NCBI GenBank assembly: GCA_002104945.1
Contig: MCFH01000017.1
Location: forward strand, 620,001-684,000
Direction of reading: 5' to 3'
DNA from: Piromyces finnis finn
Taxonomy: Eukaryota > Fungi > Neocallimastigomycota
Length of the DNA: 64,000 bases
The position numbers and the translations under genes are program-made. Shown piece by piece: positions 12,956 to 23,363 of the stretch; positions within the stretch are counted from its first letter, which is position 1; each line of letters starts with the position of its first letter. The notes under the pieces are model-generated. The model did not search any database. It was not told the DNA's origin and saw only the letters and a program-made list of their open reading frames with translations.

Positions 12956-14523
12956 TGTAACGAATCATAAAATTATGTCAAAAAGCGATTTTTTATTAAA
13001 GAAAAGCGTGGTAAGCATACTAGTTATATTAATTAACAAATATAATACACTTTCCTATTGAAGGCGTAAAGCTAATAATATTTATATAAAGAAAATTAAA
13101 TAATATTTTTATTTTAGCAATAACTTAATATCAGCATATATTAAGTTATTAAAAATATTAAAATTTTTAAAGATTTGGGTTTTATAGGAGTTTATAAATT
13201 TTATTAACTTTAAGTTAAAAAATTACTAACGCTAAAGCTTCGTAATTTTTGTCAATTTTTGTTCTTTTTATACCTGAACTATTTTAATTATTACATTTTT
13301 AATTTAATTAATTATTGTTTAATTATAAAATATTTAATTTTTATAAATTAATAATTAATATAATTATTGTAAATAGTTAATAAATTTAAAATAAAATTTT
13401 TAATAATAAAATTTTAATAATTTTAAAAAAATTTAATAATTTCAAATATTAGAAATTTTATAGGTTAGAAATTTTATACTTTGAAAATTTGAAAATTTGA
13501 AAATTTGAAATTTAATAAATTTTTTCAAATTTTTTCCATGTGTCCAAATTTTTTACATTTTTATATATGTTATTGTGACAAATTGTAAGAAGTTACTTAT
13601 AAATGAATTATAAATAACTTCTACAAATTAATAATAATTAAATAATTAACTATTACTAATTTGAGAAAGAAAATTAAAACATTAATTTTGAGTTTATAAA
13701 AATACCAATAAATAAAAATATTAATATTAACACATAAATATAAAAACACACTTTAAACAAAATATTCCTTTTTAAAAATAATACTTTATTTATTAATAAA
13801 TTTATATAATAATAACTCTTGATTTCTCAAAAGAGAATCAAAATTATTCTTTTATAGTAATTTAATACATTATACATGGATTGGTTAAAATGATACAACT
13901 AAATTAATGTAATAAAACAACGTATTTAATTCAATGTATTTAATTAATGTATCAAATTATGTATTAAATAGTGTATTAAATAATGTATTAAATTAATGTA
14001 TTAAACAATAAATAATAATAAATATTATAATAAATATTAATTAATAAGAAAATAGATAAATTATATAGAATTTATGTTTCTTATACAAATTATAAAAATA
14101 AGTTAATGGTATGTTGGTTAGGTTTTCGAACACGGACTTAAATGTCTATAGTTCAATAAATATCTCTCCCATTTTTCTAATAATTAAATTTTAATTTTAA
14201 ATTCTATTATATATCATTAGTCTAGAACCTTCTCGAAATTAAATTTTTCTAAAATTAATTATTCCAATCAAAACATTTATTTTTTTTTCATTTTAATTTC
14301 AAAAAATTTATAAAAATGAAAATTATTCCAAAAAATTTGGAATTTTGTGTTTTTATTAACTTAAAAGTTTTTATTAATAAGTAAAAAAAAAATAAAAATA
14401 AAAATATTAATAATAAATAAAAATTTAAAAAAAAATATTTTTTTTTATTTTATATACTGGCCTATTGTGTTTAGATTTGCGTTTTATTATAAAAATATTA
14501 TTATTTTATAATCGGACGTTACA
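12956..14523 (+). repeat. Family-C-type LTR following the 6867 element's PPT and followed by a new PBS
   Basis: TGTAACG...CGTTACA ends; PBS ATAAAAACAC at 14524; carries a nested family-B LTR. Confidence 0.7.
13584..14085 (-). repeat. Diverged family-B solo LTR, TSD CAAAT
   Basis: TGTAAG...TTTCTTATA (terminal CA altered); CAAAT on both sides; family-B hairpin at ~13813-13845. Confidence 0.65.
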
Positions 14524-14820
14524 ATAAAAACACCAATAGAAAATAATACAATACCCTGGTATATTCAATAATCTAAAATTTTATAATTATAAAACTATTA
14601 TAATTTATATTCCTTAATAATTTTGCAAACTCTAAATTGTACTGTGACCACACTTTACTCTAGGACTCTCTACTTTAGAACTCTTTACTCTAGTACTCCC
14701 TACTTTAGAACCCTTTACTTTAGGACTTCTTACTTTAGGATTCTCTACTTTAAGACCCTCTACTAAGACTCTTTACTGTAGAACTCTTTACTTGAGAATG
14801 AATGACTCATTGGATGACGC

Positions 14821-15435
14821 TGTAAAGATATCAAACACCTCAGCTTGATATCTTTAATGTAACTTAAGCCACAAGTATTATTATTTAAGTTACACAAATT
14901 ATATTACAGAAAAAGAAAATGAGACATAATTTATTTAATAATAATTAAAGTTTAAAACATTAAATTATTAATTTATTTTTAATGTTTAACAAGTAAATTA
15001 AAATTCTCAATTTAAATCCCTAGTTTTAGTATTGTTTTTTCATAGAAATAGATAACTTATATATAAATAATAAATGATTAATATATCAATAATACATGGG
15101 CACATATTCAAATTGAATAGTACTTAATTTGAATTGCAAATTGTATTTTACTAAAAATAGTTATAGTTTAAATATTTATTAATAATTAAGATTTTAGTGT
15201 AGATTTTAAATAATAATATATATGGAATAAATAGTTATAATATAATATAAATGTATTTAGGAAAAATATAAATAGAAGATATTTTTCATCATTTTATCGA
15301 TGTAATTGTTATTAACAATTTTATTACATTAAATTAATAAAAAAAAAGTATTTTTTTATAAAACATATTTATTTTGTGTTGTTATTGTAATAGGTTAGAT
15401 ATCCTAATTTATTCGGTTTAGTGTCTGACTTTACA
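14821..15435 (+). repeat. Family-E 5' LTR (615 bp)
   Basis: TGTAAAG...CTTTACA; homologous to 607-1186. Confidence 0.9.
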
Positions 15436-16158
15436 AAAACAATTACCTAAAAGAAGAGTAATGAATACGTTAGGGTATCAAGAAGAACTTTTGGAGGATT
15501 CTATTAGGAAATTCTACTAGAAGAAATAGAAGAACCTTTGGAGGACTCTACTTGAAGGAATAGAAGAAATTTAAAAAAAAAAAAAAATTCTAGGGCTACC
15601 TGAGGAAGATTATCAAGATCTTTGGAACATTCTGCCGGACTACAAGAAGATTTTAACCTGTCGGAACATATTTCAAATATTTTACACTGTAAGGGCTAAT
15701 ATTACGGCTGAAACTTGGAACTAACATTAGTTGATAACTTGTTCGAAACTGTAATTATACAGAGAGAGTCTGTAATAACTTATTGTTAGAAGACGAAAAT
15801 TTTAATTAAAAAAAATATATATTACTTACTTGGTGTAAAGATATAAAGTATATCTTTAAATTATTTAATAATTAATTAATAATTATTAAATAATAATTTT
15901 GATATTTTAATGAAAAAATTGTTTATAAAATTTATTGTATAAATTTTATGGAATAATTAAATAAAGATTAATTTTAAAATATCAAAGTTACAAATGAAAT
16001 TTGGATAAATATTTAAATTAATGGATAATTAAATTTAAATATTTTAAATATTCAAATTAAATCTTAAAAAGTTTTTATTTAATTAAAATTAGTTTAATAA
16101 CTTTAGCGTAGTTTGAAATTAGCATTTTTAATTATAAATATATAATAAATAGTATTAT

Positions 16159-19100
16159 TGTAACGAATCATAGAAATAAAGAAATTGTCTTAGTGGTTAG
16201 TAACTAAGACTTTGGTCCGAATGTCTTGAGTTCGAGACTTCTAAATTACTTTTTTTTATTTTATTTTTATTTTAATTTTTTATTTTGATTTTTTATCAAC
16301 TCGAAATTCTTTGATTGGTTAAGAAATTTAAGTTGTAAAAAATCTTTTAGATTAATTTTAAAAATTTTTATATAAATACGAGTGGATTTTTCTAAATTTA
16401 AAAAAAAATTGAGTTTTTATTAATTAATAAATTATTGTTAAACACTAACCTATTAAGTTAAAATTTGTGTGTTTTTAATAATAATTTTAAATATTAATAA
16501 TTAACAGTAAGATAAAAGTGTTTTATATTTACTAAGTTATTTTAGTAAATTGTTATAAATTTTTTATTGTTAAGAACACATTTCTTTACAATAAAAACTC
16601 CTTTATAATAATAGACTTAATACCTTAGTGTTAAAGAATTAGTTATAGATAAAACTTATGTTTTATTATTGAAGCTTTTCTTTTAAAACATATTAAAAAA
16701 AATATATATATACATATAATTAAAATATAAAATAATAAAATAGTTAAAATTTATTATAAAAACAAAACAGAGTATAGCTAGTAACAACACTTGAGTTGTG
16801 GAGGAGGCGCTCAAAGTTATTTTATAAAAATAAAAACTATAATTATTTTATAAATTTTAAATTATTTTTTATTTTTTTTTGGAACGAAGTTTTTAATAAA
16901 ACACTTTATTTTTCAAGTTTTCTTGAAAATTAGATTTATTTAATAATATTTTAAAAATATTATATAATAAACTAATATTGACTTCCTACGCGTCAAAAGT
17001 TAGACTTTGATACCATAATACTTTTGCGTTTAGGTATAGTTGAAACACGGGGAAACTAATTTGTTCAATTCTTTCATACTAACAAGAGTTAGCTATTATA
17101 AAGAATTAAACAATATTACTTCCTATTATCGAAAGATATTAACATTCGACTTTACCTACTTTATCGTAAAAGAGCTAAAGGAACTCTTAGATATTAGTTT
17201 ATAACAAATTATATATTTGGTGGTCTAACACTATATAATTTGGCATATATTTTTAAATTATTTTAGTTAATAAATATAATTGAAGAAAACTTTTTTTTTA
17301 ATAAAACATCTTTCTCTTTTTCTTTTACTTTTAATTCGTTCCATTAAAAAAAAAAAAATATTTTTTATTGGAGGCTTTGTTTAATTTAATATTGATAATT
17401 GAAATATTCTTTTCTTATCAATTTTGAGTTAAACAAATTATATTTCAGCAATAGACAGGCCTTATTGATTTATCAACAGGGGCATATTAGGGGTAATAGT
17501 AAGAACCTGAAGCGCGTGACGGAACTTAGATCGCGTGAATAGGGCGACGGAAACATCTATTATCGGACGAAAGACCCTTAATCAATAGTCTATTAAATAT
17601 AATTTGGTCGGTAACTCAATTTGATAATAACAATATTAAATTTTCTTTCTTTAATTTTCTTAAAAATATTATTTTCTTTGTATTCTAATTATAACTTAAA
17701 TCAATTCAAAATTCATAATTCCAAGACATTTTTTTTAAAAAAAAAAAAAAAACAAGTATAATCTCAAGTTTAAGTGGTAGTCTAAGCTTCCTAAATCAAT
17801 TAACAATAATCAAAAGTCAAAGTCAAATAATCTAAGCTTCTAATAATAAGTCAAAATGGATGAAATTAATCAAAACATCTTTGACAATGCTGCTCTGAAG
17901 GATGGATTTGCTGGGGATAAAAGATTTCTAAAAGGATTCCTGGCCAAGATAGAATTAGTATTTCTTCTTTACCCTGAGAGATACCAAAATGATGAAACGA
18001 AAATTTTATACATTATCTCTCGCTTGTATGGAAATGCCTTGAATTGGGCAGCTACCTTAATCGAAAATCATGATCAATGCCTCCTAAACTACGATGCTTT
18101 TGTCAGTAGATTAAAAACCTTCTATGGGAACAATGATGAAGTTTTCTTTGCTAACCAAATGCTTAAGAGGGTTAGACAGAAGAATATCGGCCGTGCCAAC
18201 GATTACATCATGGAATTTAATAAATATGCAGATGTTTCCTCTTGGAATGAAGAAGCCAAGATGGATGCTTTTTTGGCAGGTTTGGTCGACCAAGTTGCTT
18301 CACGTATTATTGAGATGTTTCCCGGACCAAAGAATCTTTCTTCTATGCAAACTATTGCTTCTAGGATTGATTCAAGACTCGCCGTTAACAAAAAATTCTT
18401 TGGTCATAGCAATTCTGAAAACTATAAATCTAGAAGAAATAATAATTTCCCGAAGAAAAGCAATAATAATTCTAATAAAAATAAGTTTCATGGACCTTTA
18501 AGCAAAGCTGAAAAGGACAGAAGAAGAAAAAATAACTTATGTATGTACTGTGGCTCTTCCGATCATTCACTTGATAATTGTCCTTTAAAGCAAAAGAAGG
18601 ATAAATCTTCGAATACTTCCTTTATGTCCATTCCAACTAAACCAATTCGTCCAAGTCAAAGAACTATTGAAAATTCAGACTTTGTTGCAAACTTCAAAAT
18701 TTCCTTTGAAAATTCCGTCCAAATTCTTATTGATTCAGGTTCAAAACTTAATCTAATTGATCGTGCTTATTGTGAAGAGAACTCCATCCCTTATTACGAT
18801 CATTGTGATCTTCCAAAAATTATTGGCATTGGTGGTAATCAGGCAATTTTCGGTATAACTCCACCTCTCAATCTCAAATATAAAGATCACGTTTGCAAAA
18901 CTAACTTCTACGTCACAAACCTCCCAAGGTATTGTTGTATACTTGGTCTTGACTGGTTGATACTTCATAATCCAAGCATCGATTTTTCAACAAAGGATAT
19001 AACTTTCAATTCTAACTATTGTTATTCTCATTGTGTTTCTATTTCTGGTGATTCATTACACTCTTATTCTACATTTACTTCTAATGAAACTGCTTTCCCT

Positions 19101-22100
19101 ATATTTTCAGTACAATCTCGTAATTCAATTGACCCTTCCTTGAATAATTCTAATACTCAAACAGCACTTCCTATTTTCGTTTCTTCTAACGAAGAACCCA
19201 AGAAATCCGTTAATTCTTTTGTTTCAATCTCGAATACTAGTGCTGATTCTATTAATTCTATATCCAATGACACCAATGTAGATCAAAATCCCGACACTCT
19301 TAAATCTTCTACAAAATCTGTATTCCTACCTAAAGAACTTGATGAATTTCAAGATGTTTTTAATGAAATATCAGCTAATAAGCTACCTCCTCACCGTCCG
19401 TATGATTGCGAGATTAAACTAAAAGAAAATTCCAAACTTTTTTATGGCCCAATTTATCCTCTAACTGAAACTGAGTCTAACGCTTTAGAGGAATATATCA
19501 AAGAAAACCTTAGTAAGGGCTTTATCAGAAAGTCTAAATCACCTGCCGGTGCTCCTGTTCTATTCGTCCCTAAGAAAAATGGTCAACTTCGGATGTGTGT
19601 TGACTATCGGCAATTAAATTCAATCACTATACGAGACTCTTATCCGCTTCCATTAATTCAAGATATGTTAGAACACCTCGGAAAAGGAAAAATATTTTCT
19701 AAATTGGATCTTCGTTCAGCTTATAACTTAGTCAGAATTAAAAGCGGTGACGAATACAAAACTGCTTTCACCTGTAAGCTGGGTCATTTCGAATATTGTG
19801 TCATGCCTTTTGGGTTGAAAAATGCTCCTGCGGTTTTTCAACATTTCATCAATGACGTTCTAGAAGAAGTTCTCGGAAAATTTGCTTTCTCTTATATTGA
19901 TGATATAATCATTTTTTCCCAAGATTACGAAAGCCATGTAAAACATGTTAAAACCGTCTTAAAACTCTTAAGATCTGCTGGCCTCTATGCAAAGCTCGAA
20001 AAATGTGAATTTTTCGTTCCGTTTATTGATTTTTTAGGTCATAGAATTTCCGCCGATGGTATCCATATGGATCCTAACAAAGTTTCTTCTATTTTAAATT
20101 GGCCTACACCCTCCAATGTTAAAGAAGTTCAATCTTTTCTTGGTCTCGCTAATTATTATAGACGATTTATTCCAAACTTCGCAAAAATTGCTCATCCATT
20201 ACATAAACTCTTAAAGAAGAATGTTAAATTTTTATGGACCAATGAAGCACAAGTCGCTTTTGACACTCTTAAGTCACTATTTGTCTCTGCTCCTGTTCTT
20301 ATTTTTCCTAATCGAGATCTACCATTTATTGTCGAGACCGACTCAAGTAATTTTGCTATAGGAGCAATCCTCTCTCAAGTTTCTCCTAGTGACAATATGA
20401 TTCATCCGGTTGCTTTCTTTTCCCGTTCACTTACTGGTCCTGAACGAAATTATCCTATTTACGACAAAGAACTCCTCGCTATTGTCGCAGCTCTGGAAAC
20501 TTGGCGTCACCTTCTCAAAGGTTCTACTTCTACTTTTAAAATATACTCGGATCATAGAAATCTCCTTTACCAAAAGAAACCAGAAAAGATGTCTCAACGT
20601 CTTGTCCGCTGGGCTCTATTTCTTTCTGAATTTAACTTTGTTATTATTTACCGTTCTGGCTCTTCTAACGGTAAACCTGATGCTCTTTCCCGTCGTTCTG
20701 ATTATGCCGCTAATTCAAATCCTTCATCCGATATTCCTTTCAATGTTTTACGTCCTGAAAATTTTTGTGCTATTGTAACTTCAGTGTCTACCATAAGTGA
20801 TTCTTTCCTCTCCGAATACAATAACGATGAACTCTATAATAAAATTTGTGATTACCTCGATTGTAGGAAGCCTCCAATTCCTCACCCCCAAATCGACAAA
20901 TTTTCTCTAAGTAATAGCTTTCTCCTTTTTGCTGATCGCATTTACGTTCCTTCCAAATGCCGCCTCTCTATTCTTAAACTTTGTCATGATTCTCCTTCCG
21001 CTGGTCACTTTGGCATTAAAAGAACTATTTCTCTTATTTCTAGAGATTTTTGGTGGCCTTCACTTACAACCGATGTTAAAAACTACGTTCGCTCTTGTGA
21101 AACCTGTTGCCGTTCAAAAAATTCCCATCATAAACCTTACGGTCTCCTTAACCCCCTTGAAATAGCCGATCGACCTTGGTCTTCTATTTCAATGGATTTT
21201 GTTACTGATCTTCCTTCTTCATCTGGTTACACTTGTATTCTGGTAACTATCGATCGTCTTACTAAAATGATTCATCTTATCCCATTTAAAGGTATTCCTT
21301 CTGCATCAGAAACAGCTTCCGCTTTCATTGATAATATATTTCGTCTTCATGGGTTTCCTTCTTCTATTATAACTGATAGAGGTTCTCAATTTACCTCCAA
21401 ATTTTTCCAATCTATTTGTTCTTCCCTTTTTATTGATCTTAAGTTTTCTTCTCCATTCCATCATCAATCAAATGGTCAGACGGAGAGGGTAAACTCCGTT
21501 ATTGAACAATACTTAAGATGCTTCTCAAACTATAAAGGGTCCGATTGGAAAAATTTTCTTAGTCTTGCTGAATTCAGTTATAATAATTCAGTTCAAGAAT
21601 CATCAAAAATTTCACCATTCTTTGCAAACTACGGTTTCCATCCAAGACATTCACCAATTATTCCAGACCAATCAAATGTTCCAAGAGCAGAAGAATATAC
21701 AAAAGATTTTAAGTCCTTGATTAATACTCTTAAAGAAAACTTAAAAGCTGCTATCGAGTCCCAAAAGAAGTATGCTGATAAACTCAGGAAAGACGCACCA
21801 AAATTCATTGTTGGAGATATGGTTTGGTTAGATAGTTCTTTAATTATACACAAAGGAAACAAAAAATTCAAACCAAGAAAACTCGGTCCATTTAAAATTT
21901 CAAAGAAAATCTCTGATGTTTCATTTAAACTTAAACTTCCGAAGTCAATAAAGATACATCCTGTTGTCCACGTCTCCAATCTCGAACCATATTTCAAGGA
22001 TAAATTCGAAAGATCACAACCTCCACCGCCACCCATCATTGTTGACAACGAAGAAGAGTATGAAGTTGAAGAAATTCTAGATAAAAGGAAACACTACGGA

Positions 22101-22888
22101 AAAACTCAATATTTGATAAAATGGAAAGGATACTCTCTCAACGAGGCTTCATGGGAACCTGAAAAAAATCTCAATTGTGAAGAACTACTCAAGAAATTTA
22201 ATGAAAGAAATTGAAATGTTAAACTTTAATTTATATTGTTTTATATTATTTTATTTTATAGTAAATGAAAAGAGAAGAGAGATTTAAAAAAATTTATTAT
22301 TTTCTTAATTTTAGTTTAAGTATATTAAAATATATTTTCATGTAATTAAAATCTTATAATTTAAAAATAAAAAAAAAAATTCACTCAATTAAATATTTAA
22401 TAAATTAGTCTAGTTCTTTTCGATTCGTCTGGTATCCGAATCCTCGAGGAGGGCCATGTAACGAATCATAGAAATAAAGAAATTGTCTTAGTGGTTAGTA
22501 ACTAAGACTTTGGTCCGAATGTCTTGAGTTCGAGACTTCTAAATTACTTTTTTTTATTTTATTTTTATTTTAATTTTTTATTTTGATTTTTTATCAACTC
22601 GAAATTCTTTGATTGGTTAAGAAATTTAAGTTGTAAAAAATCTTTTAGATTAATTTTAAAAATTTTTATATAAATACGAGTGGATTTTTCTAAATTTAAA
22701 AAAAAATTGAGTTTTTATTAATTAATAAATTATTGTTAAACACTAACCTATTAAGTTAAAATTTGTGTGTTTTTAATAATAATTTTAAATATTAATAATT
22801 AACAGTAAGATAAAAGTGTTTTATATTTACTAAGTTATTTTAGTAAATTGTTATAAATTTTTTATTGTTAAGAACACATTTCTTTACA
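16159..22888 (+). mobile_element. Full-length, apparently intact Ty3/Gypsy chromovirus (Tf1/sushi-like, self-priming)
   Basis: 432-bp LTRs 16159-16590 and 22457-22888 with no difference seen; ATTAT TSD; PBS 16591-16600; PPT GAGGAGGG 22446-22453; uninterrupted ORF. Confidence 0.97.
17856..22214 (+). CDS. Single-ORF gag-protease-RT-RNase H-integrase-chromodomain polyprotein (1452 aa)
   Basis: [35 protein letters not shown]...CETC, integrase DDE core, [29 protein letters not shown]. Confidence 0.97.
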   Translation: MDEINQNIFDNAALKDGFAGDKRFLKGFLAKIELVFLLYPERYQNDETKILYIISRLYGNALNWAATLIENHDQCLLNYDAFVSRLKTFYGNNDEVFFANQMLKRVRQKNIGRANDYIMEFNKYADVSSWNEEAKMDAFLAGLVDQVASRIIEMFPGPKNLSSMQTIASRIDSRLAVNKKFFGHSNSENYKSRRNNNFPKKSNNNSNKNKFHGPLSKAEKDRRRKNNLCMYCGSSDHSLDNCPLKQKKDKSSNTSFMSIPTKPIRPSQRTIENSDFVANFKISFENSVQILIDSGSKLNLIDRAYCEENSIPYYDHCDLPKIIGIGGNQAIFGITPPLNLKYKDHVCKTNFYVTNLPRYCCILGLDWLILHNPSIDFSTKDITFNSNYCYSHCVSISGDSLHSYSTFTSNETAFPIFSVQSRNSIDPSLNNSNTQTALPIFVSSNEEPKKSVNSFVSISNTSADSINSISNDTNVDQNPDTLKSSTKSVFLPKELDEFQDVFNEISANKLPPHRPYDCEIKLKENSKLFYGPIYPLTETESNALEEYIKENLSKGFIRKSKSPAGAPVLFVPKKNGQLRMCVDYRQLNSITIRDSYPLPLIQDMLEHLGKGKIFSKLDLRSAYNLVRIKSGDEYKTAFTCKLGHFEYCVMPFGLKNAPAVFQHFINDVLEEVLGKFAFSYIDDIIIFSQDYESHVKHVKTVLKLLRSAGLYAKLEKCEFFVPFIDFLGHRISADGIHMDPNKVSSILNWPTPSNVKEVQSFLGLANYYRRFIPNFAKIAHPLHKLLKKNVKFLWTNEAQVAFDTLKSLFVSAPVLIFPNRDLPFIVETDSSNFAIGAILSQVSPSDNMIHPVAFFSRSLTGPERNYPIYDKELLAIVAALETWRHLLKGSTSTFKIYSDHRNLLYQKKPEKMSQRLVRWALFLSEFNFVIIYRSGSSNGKPDALSRRSDYAANSNPSSDIPFNVLRPENFCAIVTSVSTISDSFLSEYNNDELYNKICDYLDCRKPPIPHPQIDKFSLSNSFLLFADRIYVPSKCRLSILKLCHDSPSAGHFGIKRTISLISRDFWWPSLTTDVKNYVRSCETCCRSKNSHHKPYGLLNPLEIADRPWSSISMDFVTDLPSSSGYTCILVTIDRLTKMIHLIPFKGIPSASETASAFIDNIFRLHGFPSSIITDRGSQFTSKFFQSICSSLFIDLKFSSPFHHQSNGQTERVNSVIEQYLRCFSNYKGSDWKNFLSLAEFSYNNSVQESSKISPFFANYGFHPRHSPIIPDQSNVPRAEEYTKDFKSLINTLKENLKAAIESQKKYADKLRKDAPKFIVGDMVWLDSSLIIHKGNKKFKPRKLGPFKISKKISDVSFKLKLPKSIKIHPVVHVSNLEPYFKDKFERSQPPPPPIIVDNEEEYEVEEILDKRKHYGKTQYLIKWKGYSLNEASWEPEKNLNCEELLKKFNERN

Positions 22889-23363
22889 ATTATTAATATT
22901 TAATTAATATATAGGTAATACATGGACTGTATTCAATTTGTAGTTTACTCAAATTGAATCAAAAGTGTATTTAATTAGTTTTAGTTTAGTTTTATTATTT
23001 TATTATTTAATTAAATTAGTATTAAATTAGTTTTGTTTATTTTATATTGAATATATGTATAATTAAATAGAATAGTATGTTAAAATATAATTTACAAAAA
23101 ATATAAATACATGTAAAATTTCTTGATTAAAACGATGTAATTGTTATTGACTATTATTTAGTTAATAACTAAATAAAATTAATAAAAGAGAGATTTTAAA
23201 TAGATTTTGTTTTTCTTGTTTCTTTTTATTTATTTCGTGTTTTGTGTTTTATTGTAAAATTTTATAATCTGTTTTTTTTTATAAACTTTTACACTTGGAA
23301 TAATAGTAAGAAACCCGCGTTTTTATTTTTTAAATTTTTAATTCTCTGTATTTTGAATTAGAG

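Larger units (their letters stand above)
15834..23293 (+). repeat. Family-F solo LTR (15834-16158 plus 22889-23293), TSD CTTGG, split by the intact C element
   Basis: CTTGG on both sides; the two halves join colinearly with the unsplit copy at 30402-31073. Confidence 0.9.

Noticed and set aside
14797-14820. Perfect ATGACTCAT (Gcn4/AP-1-like) site next to an LTR
   Set aside because: Single occurrence, absent from the homologous leader at 6.7-6.8 kb
16185-16240. Functional tRNA gene
   Set aside because: Anticodon, T and acceptor stems do not pair properly; kept only as an A/B-box module
23294-23320. Apparent tRNA PBS (CTTGGAATAATAG) after an LTR end
   Set aside because: CTTGG is the TSD of solo LTR F (same 5-mer at 15829-15833); the real family-E PBS is at 15436
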